A DNA stretch of 64,000 bases from the human T2T-CHM13v2.0 reference genome, Homo sapiens. This document shows positions 44,240-57,768 of this stretch, piece by piece. The DNA is taken from NCBI RefSeq assembly GCF_009914755.1, contig NC_060942.1; one strand, given 5' to 3'. The notes under the pieces were generated by a model. The model saw only the letters and a list, made by a program, of their open reading frames with translations. It did no database searches and was not told where the DNA came from. The number at the start of each line of letters is the position of its first letter. The first letter of the stretch is position 1. The translations under genes were made by a program, and so were the position numbers.

Positions 44240-45564
44240 CAGTAGGTCACAAATATAGTCATTTTCATCAATGTTGTTTTGTTACATATTGATGAGGAAA
44301 AAATATCTGGCCACCGTCTGCGTGGAGTTTGCACATTCTCCCCATGTCCACGTGCGCTTTCTCCAAGTGCTTGGGCTTCCTTCCATATGCCAAAGCTGTG
44401 TCCATTAGGTGAACTGTTAGGTTTAAATAGCTCTATCCTGAGTAAGTGTGGGTGTGAGTGTGGCCAGCAATGGGATGGTGTTAGTCCACAGTGGGTTCCC
44501 ACCTTGCACCCTGAGCTGTCAGGATAGGAAAAGGAGTAAATGAATGAATACAAATTATTGTAAAATAAAAATTCACCAAATCTGCATAATCATATAAATG
44601 TTTGACAATAAATGATGTGATAGGAAAGCACCCGTCAAGCCTGCCATGTTGGTGATTGATGATGTTTGAACTGCATGGTGCTAGTGTGTCCAGAGCTGGT
44701 TCCTTCTGGTGGGTTCATAGTCTTGCTGACTTCAAGAATGGAGCCGCAGACCTTCATGGTGAGTGTTACACCTCTTAAAGATGGCATGGACCCAAAGAGT
44801 GAGCAGCAGCAAGATTTACAGTGAAGAGGGAAAGAACAAAGCTCCTACAGGTGGAAGGGGACCCGAACAGGTTGCCACTGCTGGCTGGTGTGGCCAGCTT
44901 TTATTCCCTTATTTGTCCCCGCCCATGTTCTGTTTCTGTCCTATCAGAATGCCCTTTTTTCAATCTTCCCTGCGATTGGCTATTTTTAGGATGCTGCTGA
45001 TTGGTGCATTTTACGGAATGCTGATTGGTACATTTTACAGCATGCTGATTGGTGCATTTTCCAATCCTCTTGCTAGCTATGGAGCACTGATTGGTGTGTT
45101 TTTACAGAGCACTGATTGGAGCATTTTACAATCCCCTTATAAGACAGAAAAGTTCTCCAAGTCCCCACTCGACCCAGGAAGTCCCGCTGACTTCACCTCT
45201 CAGTAGGAGGTACTGCTGACAATTTTCGATTTGCAAATACTTATTCCTTGATTTATCCCACCATGACTATGACCATTGTCACCCCTGAATCAACACAAAT
45301 TGGGTAAATAATTCTTTTACATGTTTTTATTAATCTTTCCTAAATGTATGCATATCTCACATTTATTTCTTTATTTTTAGAAGTGGTTTGGGTCTTTAGT
45401 TAGAAGTTTGATAAATTTTTTGCCCAGAAATAGGTCATAGGAAGTTAATTCTTGTTTGTATATATTAGCCTATGGTAGAATTGGTTTTGTGATATTATTT
45501 TATGTAAAATCAAAGTTTCCAAGAACCTGTCAATGACACTAGGACATTAGGTGAGGACTTACTG
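44240..45564 (+). mobile_element. MER6 (TcMar-Tigger type) full length, split by LTR12
   Basis: Termini CAGTAGGTCAC...GTGAGGACTTACTG-TA; internal GTGGAGTTTGCACATTCTCCCCATGTC block. Confidence 0.88.
44685..45202 (-). mobile_element. LTR12-family (LTR12F-like, ERV9) solo LTR, 518 bp
   Basis: Reverse strand TGAGAGGTGAAG...GGACACA; repeated CCAAT units; flanks CTAG / GTAG as a degenerate target-site duplication. Confidence 0.93.
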
Positions 45565-45599
45565 TACTTACTTTTGTCCTAAATTATGGAGTTATCCTT

Positions 45600-46235
45600 C
45601 TCTTTTATTCCCACACCTCACATTGAATCTATTAGCAAATGTTGCCAGCTCTACCTTCAGTGTATCTCCAGAATCCAACTACTTTTTTCTTTCAGAAAGG
45701 ACATCACTATGGGGTAATCCCCACCCCATTCCCTTACTTTATTGCAATAGACTCCTAGCTGCTTTTCCTGCCCCTCCAGGGTCTGTTATCAACACAACAT
45801 TCAGAACAAGTCTCTGAAATGTAAGCCACGTCACGTCCCTTCCCTACTTTGAACTAGCTAATGGCTCCCATGTCCTTCAGTGGAAAAAACAAAAAGTCTT
45901 GACTATGAGCCCTGGGGCCATATGCAGACTGCCCCCTACCCTAACTTTTCTGTTCCTGTCACTTACCGAGCCTCACTTGCTCATACCACTCCAGCCACAC
46001 TGGCCTTTCCTGTTTCCTAAATGTGCCAGGCAAACTCTCACACTTCTTTGTTTACTTTTTCATTATAGTATGCCATCTAGCAGACCATCAAGATTGGTTC
46101 TTTATTTATGTTGTTTATTGTTTGTCTCCCCCACTACAATGTAAGCTTCATGAGTTCAGGGATTTATGTTTCCTATATTTGCAGCAATGTCCCCTAGCCT
46201 GAGGCATGCCTGGCACAGGACAGGTGATCACTGAG
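45600..46235 (+). mobile_element. L2a 3' portion
   Basis: TCCAGCCACACTGGCCTT; TGTCTCCCCCACTACAATGTAAGCTTCATGAG; TGCCTGGCACAG. Confidence 0.88.
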
Positions 46236-47990
46236 TCTTAGGAAGGACTGATTGGCCAGATGGGTGGGCCCCTGTGATTTCGAGAGAAAGTGTGCATCTC
46301 AATGAGGTAGGCTCTATTCAGCTGCAATGCACCATTTTCACATGGGAGAGAGAGCCAGGACTATGAATTTTTATCAGGTATCGCCCAATTCTCTCCAAGA
46401 TTGAGAAATAATTTAAAAAATTCCATTGTTGTTGTTGATGATGATGTTTTGTTTTTAAGTCTTCAAACTAAGCAAATCATGTTGGTAGGGATAGGTTTGT
46501 CTGCAAGTCGCTACTTTGGGGCTCTGTCCTGAAACTGTGAGATGCTAAGAATCTTTTTAGATTAATACTCAAAGATTCTACTTAAGTTCCATTTTCCAGA
46601 TCACACTTATTTCCAAGAAAATATACAATTTATAAGAGCCAATGTCTTCAGTCATCCTAGGAGAGAGATTTTGTCACTTCTGGAAAGTCTCTCTGCATTG
46701 AACCATCTAGGAGAGACAAGAGGGCAGTTGCAATGATTAAAGGAGTTCTGAGAGTGATTATTTTAATTATTGCATACTAAGAAAACTCAAACATTAGTTT
46801 TTGATTTACATTCTCTTTTGTTTATAAAATAATATTTCTCAAAAATTTACTTAAAATTACATTAATGAAAGAAATTAATTACATTAATTTCTATCCAATT
46901 TTATTTTATTCTCAAATATAATTTATTTTCATCTGATAACTTTAATGCTTGTACTTTATAAGATATTTTACAGGTATATTTTGTCACTGACAATTTAGCA
47001 TTCACTTAATTAAACTGTTCATTGATATTTATTACATAAGAGTCTTTCTGCAAAGGGCAATTACATTCTACAAATATGCATAATCAATAAGTGCATCTAG
47101 CTTTTTTTTTTTTAATTCTTTATTTGTCCCATGTGAGTGAAAATGTTGGGTTATCAGTTTAATATTCATTTAGGCACAGGGCTCTTCTTTGAAAAGGCAA
47201 AACATAGACTGGCAAAGATCCATTCCGTTAGAATATCACAGGCTGAACATGCGTCCAAGAATGTGTGCGAATTTGGTATAGGTTTTTGCTGCATAGGCAA
47301 ACATTATGGGTGGTGTTGTTGAGTGTTTACCCATGACAGAAGAAGCATTAGTTTATTTCAGTTAGGCAGTGATAAGGTTACATTTGACTTGGTTACTAAT
47401 GTCATCATTTTGTACTGGGTGTGGTCTTTTTTAAATTTCTGTTCTCTTATCCTTTTTAAAACATGCATGCATTTTATTTCTTTCTCAGACTTGTGCAAGG
47501 ACGCATCATATCTGTGAAGGCTTTTATTTACGAGATGTGCAAGCAACGCATATCAAATCCAACAGTCAGATAAAGTCAGCTTATCAACAAATAACAAAAA
47601 ATACTCAAAACAGTATTTGATACATTTTAAGCTAGTTTTATCATTGGAAGTATTTGCATGAGGAAAATAAGAAAAGAGGAACATCAGATAAATGGTGTTG
47701 GTTGAAGAACAAGCACTAATTGGCTAATGTTTTTTGTTGTTTAATTTCTATTTTTTAAAAAAGGTCATACAAAGGCAAATTTTAAACGCTGTGAATACTT
47801 TGGGTGCATATTTTAGGTGGCTGTATGCTATCTTTTAATACAAAACTAAAATTTCTCAAATGCAAAATTAAGTAAACTGACCATAATATGTAGACCCTAT
47901 GAAAAAATAGTTTAAAGGAATACAAACCTGCATGCTAATACGACATTTTTATTTAAAAAGTTGCACTTGTAATAATCTCTTAATGTAGGC

Positions 47991-48093
47991 CAGTGGTTCA
48001 CACAGCTTGCTGAACCTCAAAATTTGCATTTCTAACAAGTTCCCAGTTGATAGTGATAATGCTGTTCTGAAAACCACACGTTTAAAATCATGG
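47991..48093. mobile_element. MER5A, internally deleted
   Basis: CAGTGGTTC...AATTTGCATTTCTAACAAGTTCCCAG...ACCACAC. Confidence 0.75.
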
Positions 48094-51027
48094 ATGTAGC
48101 TTACATTTTTCTACATCTCTCCTTTGTGGTAGGTCTGTTACAATTCTATTAAAGACAACACAAAATTCTCGTGTTCAGGAGGCAGTCTACACTCTTAAAC
48201 CACAGTGAATCTAATGTTTCCTATCAGTTAATAAACTACTATACAGGTATATTTTTAAAATATTCTAATAATATATACTGTACCTAAAATTCTGAGAGAT
48301 TTCAAGGGGTAAGGAGTAATTTCTTATTTGCTAATGGGAACAAAACAGTATACACTTTCTAAACTTTGTAAGAAGTTCTATTATCTGAATCTTGCCAACT
48401 TTGTTCTTGTTAAGGGTGCTATGAAAGACCTAGAAACTAGGAATTATCAAGAGTAAAACTATATTGCCTAAAATCTCAAAAATAATATCATTTTTGCTAC
48501 AGGAAATTTAAGGTAAAGTACTCTGCTATTTCAGCAGAGATGTAAATGAATGTGAAATTTAGTGAGTTAGCATCCAAAGATAGTAAAGAAAAAATATGAA
48601 AGGTCACTTTCAGCTCTGAAAATCTTATTCATGGTAAATTACCATACCTAAGCTTTAGAAGTGCAAAAGAAGATATTTTTTCTTTCCATCTTGGTTCCAG
48701 AATTTCTTTGCCTAGCAAGAGATACTATGGACCAGTAGCAAAATGGGTCCAAGAAGAGAAGTGCTATCTCTCTTTTCTTTTTACATAACTTAGATGAAAA
48801 TTATAACTATGAATATGTGGATACACTATAGAATTTCCAACTAAGCAATTGGGAAATGATTCATTGAAGAGCTAGATTTATGTTAGTTCTTAATCCAAGC
48901 ATTTAGACATATGGATATGGGGAAAACTGACCTTCAAGAGGACATAAAACTATTAGGAAAGAGAAGGATGTTGGAAATTGAGATGCAGACATAGTGAATA
49001 GCTAGTGGTTCCATTTGGAGAGTAAGCTTAACTGAGAGTGGACTGAATTCCTTTGTCTTGAAAACACAGTTGACAGCTGGATTGATTAATTCATTTCTGG
49101 AGTCCAGGTTAAATTGTTTGTGGATGTTGTGATCAGTCGATTATTTACAATTCAATGAGTGAATCTTTCATTGCCCATGGCTGAACACATTAAGAAAATG
49201 GAATTGAGTTCCTTCAGTGTTTTGCTTTGGATTTCCTTTATTAACCTTTGTTACTGCCTACGCCATTTCATGTCTCTGATTTTGCAGGGCATATTAGAGG
49301 GAGCAAGCCTTCTTAGAAATGTCTTGATAAGGACTGAACTTGATAGGGACTTTAAATGTTACAGTTATAAAAATGAAGGATTTTCTATACAGAGAATGAG
49401 GCCATGAATCAGCAACACTGCTACTATCCCAACATAGTAAGCATGAGGTGGGCAAAGGAATTAGAAATGTGGGTCAGTAGCACGTGGACTATGAACAGCT
49501 TGAAACAGATCAGCACAGAAAACTGCAAAGCAAATGGGTATTGATATAGAACATCCTGTTCAATGTTCATAGTAGCTGTATATAAAATACATTTAAGTCA
49601 AAAGAAGAATAAAATGTATATGTTTCTTCCCCTAGAGAGTAGGTGCTATTACTTTAAGATATATTTTATCCTTTACCTAAAGATATGAACTAAAAAACTT
49701 CTCCAAGTATAATTTATACATATTTATATCTATGTATGTATCTATATGGATTAGATGGATTGTACCTAAGTTAACAAAGTTAGCAGAACTACTTTTGGAA
49801 TGCAGTTTTCAGCAGACTTATTTCTGTTTCAGTATGATACACCATACCTCCTACCGTTCTAAATGTGGCACATATAATATGCTTTTAATTGGAATGAATT
49901 ACATTTAATCTTATGCAGAGGATACTGAGACATTTGTGACATCTTTAAGCGTAATGAGGAATGGAAAACAAGAAGTGAAAATAATTTTCTTAAATAATAT
50001 AATGTCCTGACATGTTGTTCAAATGTTCAAAGGTATTGGCAAACTGAGGTAGTTAGAGGAGAGAGGGGAGGTGTGGCGGTTCCAAGTTAACTCCCAGGGC
50101 CTGATCTCTGATATTTGGTCTTCCTCAGTGACACTCTGAGTTCTGCAGGAGCAAGGAGGAGTTTATGATTCAGGGTAATGTACCAGTATTCATCCTAGGG
50201 CCAGAATGAACAGGTGTCTTGTTATAGAATTAGTAGTCTAAGAATGGGACACATCAGATGGGATGACAAGAATTGAAGTCAGGACATAAAATACAAGTTT
50301 GGAAAGTGCACATGGATTCTAGAAAATGGACCTGAGCAGAATGCAAACTAGAGAACCTCCCAGTTTGCCCAAGGAGTCCTAGATGATATCTGACTTGTCT
50401 GAGGTATTTGTTAATACATCCTTATCCTCTGAAAAGTGTCCTATTTGGAAAAGTTATATGATCATCTTAATCAGAGGAAAATCAAGAGAAAGAAACTTCA
50501 GTTGGGGCACTGCTCCCTCAGCTGGAGCAAACCAAAAGCATGCAAAACGCTGTGATGGCAGAACCCTACTCCCAAGTCACCCTCAAACCACCCACTTTCC
50601 TCTCCATTATACCTCAAGAAACAAGTTAAATCCCAAAGTATAGGAAAGGAAATGAGACGGTCAGAGAATCCTGCCCACCTAGGAGCTTAGAATTCTCAGA
50701 GCAACTCTGCTCTTGTTAAAGCTTCATTGGTTTTTCAACTTACTTTTCAGTTCTTCTGATTTCCCACAGCTCTACTTCCCATCTGTGTTTCAGCCAGTCA
50801 CACAGCTGGGGAGAAATTAAAATAGAGAGTGCTGCAGCAATACTTAGAACTTGGAGCTCTAATTAGATGCCCTGCCACATAGACCATGGCTTCCAAGCCA
50901 AAAAGATCTGAACTATACCACATATCTTCCTGCTCCAAAAGGGGCACATGTGTGCTGTGGGGTGCCCAGTGAAATGCCAATAATTCCCTATTGATGTGAG
51001 GATGACGGGGAACTCTCTGAATAAAGG

Positions 51028-51454
51028 AGTCAGTCTAAATAACAAATAGAGAGAGGCTTCCTAAAAGAAATTTATTTGGGAATAGGGCATTGCAATGGAC
51101 ATATGCATACCATAGTAAATTATGTGTATGTTCAGGGAGGTAAAGGAAGACAAAGGTTTTCAAATGAAAAAATGAGGAACATTACATAAATGTTTCAAAA
51201 TAATTATTCTTGGCTACAAAGATCAATAACAGGGGTGATGCCAGTCTGTGGTTAGACAGGCAATTGCTGGGCAGATAACCTTGCAGAAATATGTTTTGTG
51301 TAATGTTGTGATGGCCTTTGTGCAAGGTTGTAGTTTTTGCAGTCTTTTTCAGTATCAGCTATACAAGTATGAGAAATCTCTCTTCATAGCCTTCCTCAGC
51401 TCTATTTAACTATTTCGTATTAGTTACTCCACTTCGATTCTGACAACTTTCACA
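51028..51454 (-). mobile_element. MER65A-like ERV1 solo LTR
   Basis: Reverse strand begins TGTGAAAGTTGTCAGAATCGAAGTGGAGT; contains ACAACCTTGCACAAAGGCCATC and CCCAAATAAA. Confidence 0.85.
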
Positions 51455-51907
51455 AAGAATATTCAGAGGTACAGAACTACTTGGGGCTTTGGGATTAATA
51501 ATCTGAGACTTGTCTCTCCACTGATGAAAACATCTAAAGAATAAATTTGGTTGAATAAAAAAAAATAAAAGTCTCACTGAATCTTTACCCCAATTGATCT
51601 GCATTTTAATCTGTTCCTGAAGGGAGCATTTTTAGGGCTTGGATGTTATGTACACAAGAAAGAAAGAATAAATATCTGCTACTCATTTATATCCACATAA
51701 TGGGAGAATCATCTCTTAGTATTTCTAAGATTTGACTTTGTGAAAATTAAAACAGCTCATGCACAAGATATAACATATTAAATCATATAATGAGGCTTGT
51801 ACCCAAAACTAGAAGTTGCCTATTTTACTTCTTCCAACATTTTGTGCTTCTGCATTAATTTTCAGTCAATTATTCTATACTCAACTGCTTATCTTCTTCT
51901 AGTTAAT

Positions 51908-53356
51908 TAAATACTATAAGGCTACAGTAGCCAAAATATCATGGTACTGGTACAAAAACAGTCTAATAGACAAATGGAACAGGATAGAGAGCCCGGAAAT
52001 AAAGCTGCACACCTACACCATCTGATCTTCAACAAAAAATAAACAATGGGGAATGGACTCCTTATTCAATAAATGGTGCTGAGAGAGCTGGCTAGACATC
52101 TGCAGAAGAATAAAACTGGATCCCCACCTTTCACCATTAAAAATTAGCTCAAGATGGATGAAAGATTTAAATGTAAGACCTCAAACTATAAGAATCCTAC
52201 AAGAAAACCTAGGAAACACCATTCTGGACATAGACTTTGGGAAAGAATTTATGACTAAGTCCCCAAAAGCAATTGCAACTAAAACAAAAAATGACAAGTG
52301 GGAGCTGATTAAACTAAAGAGCTTCTGCACCGCAAAAGAAACTTTCAATAGAGTAAACAGACAACTTACAGAATAGGAAAAAATATTCACAAACCACGCA
52401 TCTGACAAAGGTCTAAATATCCAGAGTCTATAAAAAACTTAAATAACTCAAACAAGCAAAAAGCAAATAACCCCATTTTAAAAAATGGGCAAAAGACATG
52501 AACAGACATTTAAAAAAAAATGGTATAGAAGTGGCCCCCAAACTTGTGGAGCATGTGAAAAAAATGCTCCACATCACTAATCATCAGAGAAATGCAAATC
52601 AAAACCACAATGAGATACCATCTCACACCAGTCAGAATGGCTATTATTAAAACATCAAAAAAAAAAAAAATAACAGATGCTGGTGAGACTGCAGAGAAAG
52701 GGGAAGACTTACACCCTACTGGTGGGAAAGGAAATTAGTTCAGCCACTATGGAAAGCAGTTTGAAGATTTCTCAGAGAACTTAATGCAGAACTGCCATTT
52801 GACCCAGAAATCCCATTACTGGGTATATATCAAAAGGAAACAAATCTTTCTACCAAAAAGACACATGCACTTGCATGTTCATCATGGCATTATTCACAAT
52901 ATCAAAAAGTCATGGAATCAACCTAGGTACCCATCAATGGTGGAATGAATAAAGAAAATGTAGAAAATGTAGTGTATATACACCATGGACTATTATGCAG
53001 ACATAAAAATAAATGAAATCATGTCCTTTGCAGCAAAAAGGGTGCAGCTGGAGGCCATTATCCTAAGCAAATTAACACAGGAACAGAAAACCAAACCATA
53101 TGTTCTCACTTACAAGTGAGAGCTAAACATCAAGTACTCCTGGACATAAAGATACCAACAGTAGATACCGGGGACTGCTAAAAGAGGAGGGATGGAGAGG
53201 GGAAAGCATTGAAAAACTAACAGCTGGATGCTATTCTCTGTACCTGGGCGATGGGATAATTCATACTCCAAACCTCAGCATCACACAATATACCCAGGTA
53301 ATAAACCTGCAAATGTACCCACTGAATCTAAAATAAAAGTTAAAAAAGAAAAAAAT
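51908..53356 (+). mobile_element. 5'-truncated L1PA (about L1PA13-16): ORF2 3' end and 3' UTR
   Basis: ORF 52158-52376 ([18 protein letters not shown]...[15 protein letters not shown]); ends TCTAAAATAAAAGTTAAAAAA. Confidence 0.93.
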
Positions 53357-53369
53357 ATATATATATATA

Positions 53370-54450
53370 AACATTATATGATCCAGTAATTCCACTTCTG
53401 AGTATTCAACCAATTGAATTGAAATCAGTATCTCAAAGAGATATTTGCACTCCCATATTCATTGCAGCATTATTTACAATAGCCATGACATGGACTGTAA
53501 ATAATGCTTCAACTAAATGTCCATTCATGGAATAATGCAAATAGGAAATGTGGTTTATATACATACACTGTGTATTAGTCTGTTCTCATGCTGCTAATAA
53601 AGACATCCCTGAGACTAGGTAATTTATAAAGGAAAGAGGTTTAATTGACTCACAGTTCCGCATGGCTAAGGAGGCCTCACAATCATGGCTAAAGGCAAAT
53701 GAGGAACAAAGTCATGTCTTACATAGTAGCAGGTGAGAGTTTGTGTAGGGGAATTCCCTCTTTATAAAACCATTGGATCTCCTAAGATGTATTCACTGTC
53801 ACAAGAACAGCATGGGAAAGACCCACCCCCATGATTCAATTACCTCCTACTGGGTCCCTCCCATGTTACATGGGTATTATGGGAGCTTCAATTCAAGATG
53901 AGATTTGGGTGGGGACATGGCCAAACCATATCACACTGGACTATTATTCAGCCTTCAAAAGGAAGGAAATCCTGCCATTTATAACACTATGGATGAACAT
54001 TGAGGACATTATAATAAGTGAAATAAGCCAGACACAGAAGAACAAATACCATATGATACCACTTATGTGAGGAATCTGAAATAGTCAAACTTTATAGAAG
54101 CAGAGGGTAAAATGGTGGTTGCCAGGGGCTAGAGAGAAGAGGAAATGGAGATTATTAGTCAAAAGGTACAAAGCTTCAACTGTACATCATGAATAAATCC
54201 TAGGGATCTACTGTATACTATAGTGACTATAGTTAGTGATACTGTATAGCATACTGGAAATTTTTCTGAGAGGGTAAATTTTACATTAAGTGTTTTTATC
54301 TGCCCCAAAAAAAGAGCGTGGAAGGAAATTTCTGGAGGTGATGAATATGTTTATGGCATAGATTGTGTTGATGGTTTCACAGATGTATACTGTACAGCCG
54401 TTTGTATGTCAATCATCCCTCAATAATGTGGTTTAATAAAGAAAATAAAT
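53370..54450 (+). mobile_element. L1MA 3' end split by THE1
   Basis: ATGATCCAGTAATTCCACTTCTG; AGTGAAATAAGCCAGACACAGAAGAACAAATAC. Confidence 0.85.
53571..53933 (-). mobile_element. THE1 (THE1C/D-like) solo LTR
   Basis: TGTATTAGTCTGTTCTCATGCTGCT...CCAAACCATATCA; perfect 5-bp target-site duplication CACTG. Confidence 0.95.
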
Positions 54451-55854
54451 GATACTACAAGTAAAAAATCTTCCAATTTTATGAAATAAAAAAATATACT
54501 ACATACATACACATTCAGATATATATAATGTATAAAGAATAATTTAGGCCACCACCAGCTTTAGAAATAAAATATTACTAGAGCTATCAGAGTTCCTATA
54601 TATCTATCACTGAGAACAAGGCTTGTATTTTGGGTAAACATTATCCTGCATTTTTTGCTTATCTTTTCTTTCTTTTCTTTACAGTTTTATACTCCTGAGG
54701 TGTTTTTTTTTTTCACACTATACCATCCTTTCTCAGCTTTCCCAGAAAATCTACAGAATAAATCACGTTGTTTTTCATTGTTATCTTCCTCTGCAGAAAA
54801 CTACATTGTAGTTTTCTTCAATCTACAAAATCAGTCTCATTCATTTGTTTATTTTGTTTCTTCCCAAAATGTGTAGCAATCTCTCATCCATTGTCTTCTC
54901 TTTTTGTCTTTGTGATCATGCAAATTTTAGTATTTTAATATCATTTTAATATGTTTTAAAAGAGAGAGAAAAGAGACATATGCTGACATTCTGCCATGTT
55001 TATTTCTAAGTCATTGTACATTATTAAAATATACTTTTAAAATTTCTCCTAAAACCTTATCCTTTATTATGATATTGACTTATTTTAAAGAAATACCAAG
55101 AATCAATGATTAGAAAGGAAAGATACTTGATGGAAAAAATGAGCCATCTCAGTGGCACCCTAAAAGTGAGTGATACAGAGGTAAGGCCAGGAACAGCTGT
55201 TGCTTTGGGACTATGGGAGAACAAAGAGGACATTATAAAACTATAGGAGGCATTTGTAGAGAAGCCAGTGGTAGCATGATTCTCATGACCTACCGACTCT
55301 GGCCTATTAGGGGCAGGGATGCTTACAAGAATAACAGGAACCCCTTATTTGGTTAACACCATTTATTTCTTATGAAATCACAAAGACATATCTGAGAGGA
55401 GGGTCTTGTTATCCTCATAAACAACACTGTTAAAGCTTGGGATATTTCCCACAGTTGCTTTCCCCAGAAAAGTTCTTTCAAATTTAGTTGTGATGCCCCA
55501 TGCTATTCTTAAAATATTTCAGTTATCATTTCTATAAATAAACGTTTAAACGAAGTGTGGGATTTTAAAATAAACTACTTTAGAATAATAGTAGAGACCA
55601 GATAATATCTAGAGAGCCCTTCCAACTATTATGCTCGAGGCTGAGCTGAGATCTCAGGCTTTTCTTATCTTCTAGAATGAACTCTATTTCTCATCTAAAA
55701 CTTGAAACAAGTTTGCTGAAGAGGATATCTCTGCAAATTGTAGGGTTTATGCTCCTGAAGTGTCTGAGGTTGCAAGAAAAATATCTCACAGAGAAGAGTA
55801 TAAAAGCAGAAAAATCAATAAAAGTAGCAGCGTATCTTTTAAAATACAGTAAAT

Positions 55855-56150
55855 TGGGCACGGTGACTCATGCCTGTAATCCCAGCACTTTGGGAGGCCG
55901 AGGCAGGCAGGTCACTTGAGGTCAGGAGTTTGAGACCAGCCTGGCCAACATGGTGAAACCCTGTCTCTACTAAAAATACAAAAATTAGCCTGGCATAGTG
56001 GCAGCACCTGTAATCCCGGCTACTTGGGAGGCTGAAGCAGGAGACTCACTTGAACCTGGGAGACAGAGGTGCAGTGATCCGAGACTGCTCCATTGCACTC
56101 CAGCCTAGGCAATGAGTGAATTTCCAACTCAAAAAAAAAAAAAAAAAAAA
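55855..56150 (+). mobile_element. AluSx/Sz
   Basis: Near-full dimer with poly-A. Confidence 0.96.
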
Positions 56151-56162
56151 CCTGTAAATATA

Positions 56163-56216
56163 TTAGGTTGTGGCAAACGTAATTGCTGTTTTTTCCATTA
56201 AAAGTAATGGCAAAAG
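56163..56216. mobile_element. Partial MADE1 (one inverted repeat truncated)
   Basis: TTAGGTTGTGGCAAACGTAATTGCTGTTTTTTCCATTAAAAGTAATGGCAAAA. Confidence 0.8.
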
Positions 56217-57449
56217 TAGATGATGGTATCAACTTCCAAAAAAGAAAATAGAGAGTAATCAATTTGATCTAGTCCATGATCCTTCTGAAGCATGTTCCTC
56301 CTTATTCAAGACACACAGCCTCACAAGCTCCATATAATGTAGACTTGATCGGATTTTAGTTTTTTGAGCCATCTCCTACTTGCTTGAAGCTGAAAGTGTT
56401 TTGATTTTATATTTTCCTTTTATTTTTTTAAATTTTTTAAGGTCTGAATGAGATTTGTACATACAACGTAGCCTTCAGATGATTTTCTCAGTGCATGTTT
56501 ATGTCCCTGATCTCCAGCCCATACCGTGAATTTGTACTTTAAGACTTCTATTGTCTTTCTCCTCAGCTTTATCCTTTCAAAAATATGTCACTTTACATTT
56601 ACCACCTCTCTTACTGTTCTCAATTATTACTTTTCCTTCTCTGCATAACAGACTAAGGTCACAATAACTGAGAAAGCAATAGGCTGTATGTTTGCTTAAC
56701 AATACTTGTGTTGTTGGGCATTTCGAAGTATTTTATATCAGACAAGCTATGTGAAGCTTTGGGAGGTCAGGAGGACACACTGGTGTCTCCATGCAGATAT
56801 GAGGAGGCCAGGGTAGAACACATGAGGTCATTTTATAATACATTTCTGAGGAAGTCAGATAAGCAGTAATTAAATTATCAGAAAAAAATAGTTGACCATG
56901 ATAATTCAAGCTGTTTCAAAACAGTCACCACAAGAGCTGTCACCACAGATTGAAATTGTTCAATAATACTACTGTCATTTCAGCCAAGAGTTACTGCTGT
57001 TGCAAACCAAATTGTATGCAGAAGAGCAGACACCAGAGAGTCCAAGGATTCAGATATAATAATTAACAGGTAGATGAATAAGATAACAAACCAAACACAC
57101 AAGTGATACCAGGCTGATATGAAGGCAGAAGCCAGCTGACCATGGTGGCACATGAAGAACAGTGGTTTGATTATGAACTGGCCTCGCTTTGGTGTTTAAG
57201 ATGCCCCAACACTCTCTCCACTTAAGTTTTAAAGAGGGTACTGTCAGGTTAGGACTTAAAAGGGTCAAAAGGTCCTTCCCCTTCTGACGTTTTATGATTT
57301 CATGGCTTTCCATGGGAAATAGCAAGTCAATGTCAGAGCAGAGGCTAAGATCTTATTCTCTGGTTATATGCCTGAGTCTCTACCCCAAATATTCTGATGT
57401 AATTTGTTTGAAGTAGCCTGATACTCATGATGTTTTTAATTATAATTGT

Positions 57450-57768
57450 CCTTTTTATTGAGATTTAATTCATATAAAACTCACAATTTGAAGTGTGCAG
57501 TTCAGGTTTTTACTATATTCACAAATTGTGCAATTATCACCACTAAGTCCAAAACATTTACTTCACCTTGAAAAGAAATCTCAAATGTATTCCTTGTTCC
57601 CTCTTTCCAAGCTCCTGGCAACCACTGCGAGACTATAACTACTCTGTATGAATTTACCTATTCTGGAAAATTCATTTAGTCTTTCTGGATGTAATTTCTT
57701 TTGCATCTGTAGGCAGTCTTTTGCATCTGTCTTCTTTCACTTAGCATAATGTTTTCAAGGTTTATCAC
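57450..57768 (-). mobile_element. L1MB 3' end splitting a MER5-like element (about 57340-57830)
   Basis: TTTTATTGAGATTTAATTCATATAA...CTTCTTTCACTTAGCATAATGTTTTCAAGG; flanks ATTCTGATGTAATTTG and CCTAGGTGATTC. Confidence 0.75.

Noticed and set aside
44974-45135. Regularly spaced repeats resembling a CRISPR array
   Set aside because: These are LTR12 CCAAT repeats in eukaryotic DNA, with no unique spacers or cas genes.
44763-45206. Longest ORF (147 aa) with repeated LIGAF motifs
   Set aside because: Antisense reading of the LTR12 CCAAT tandem repeats, with a non-ATG start.
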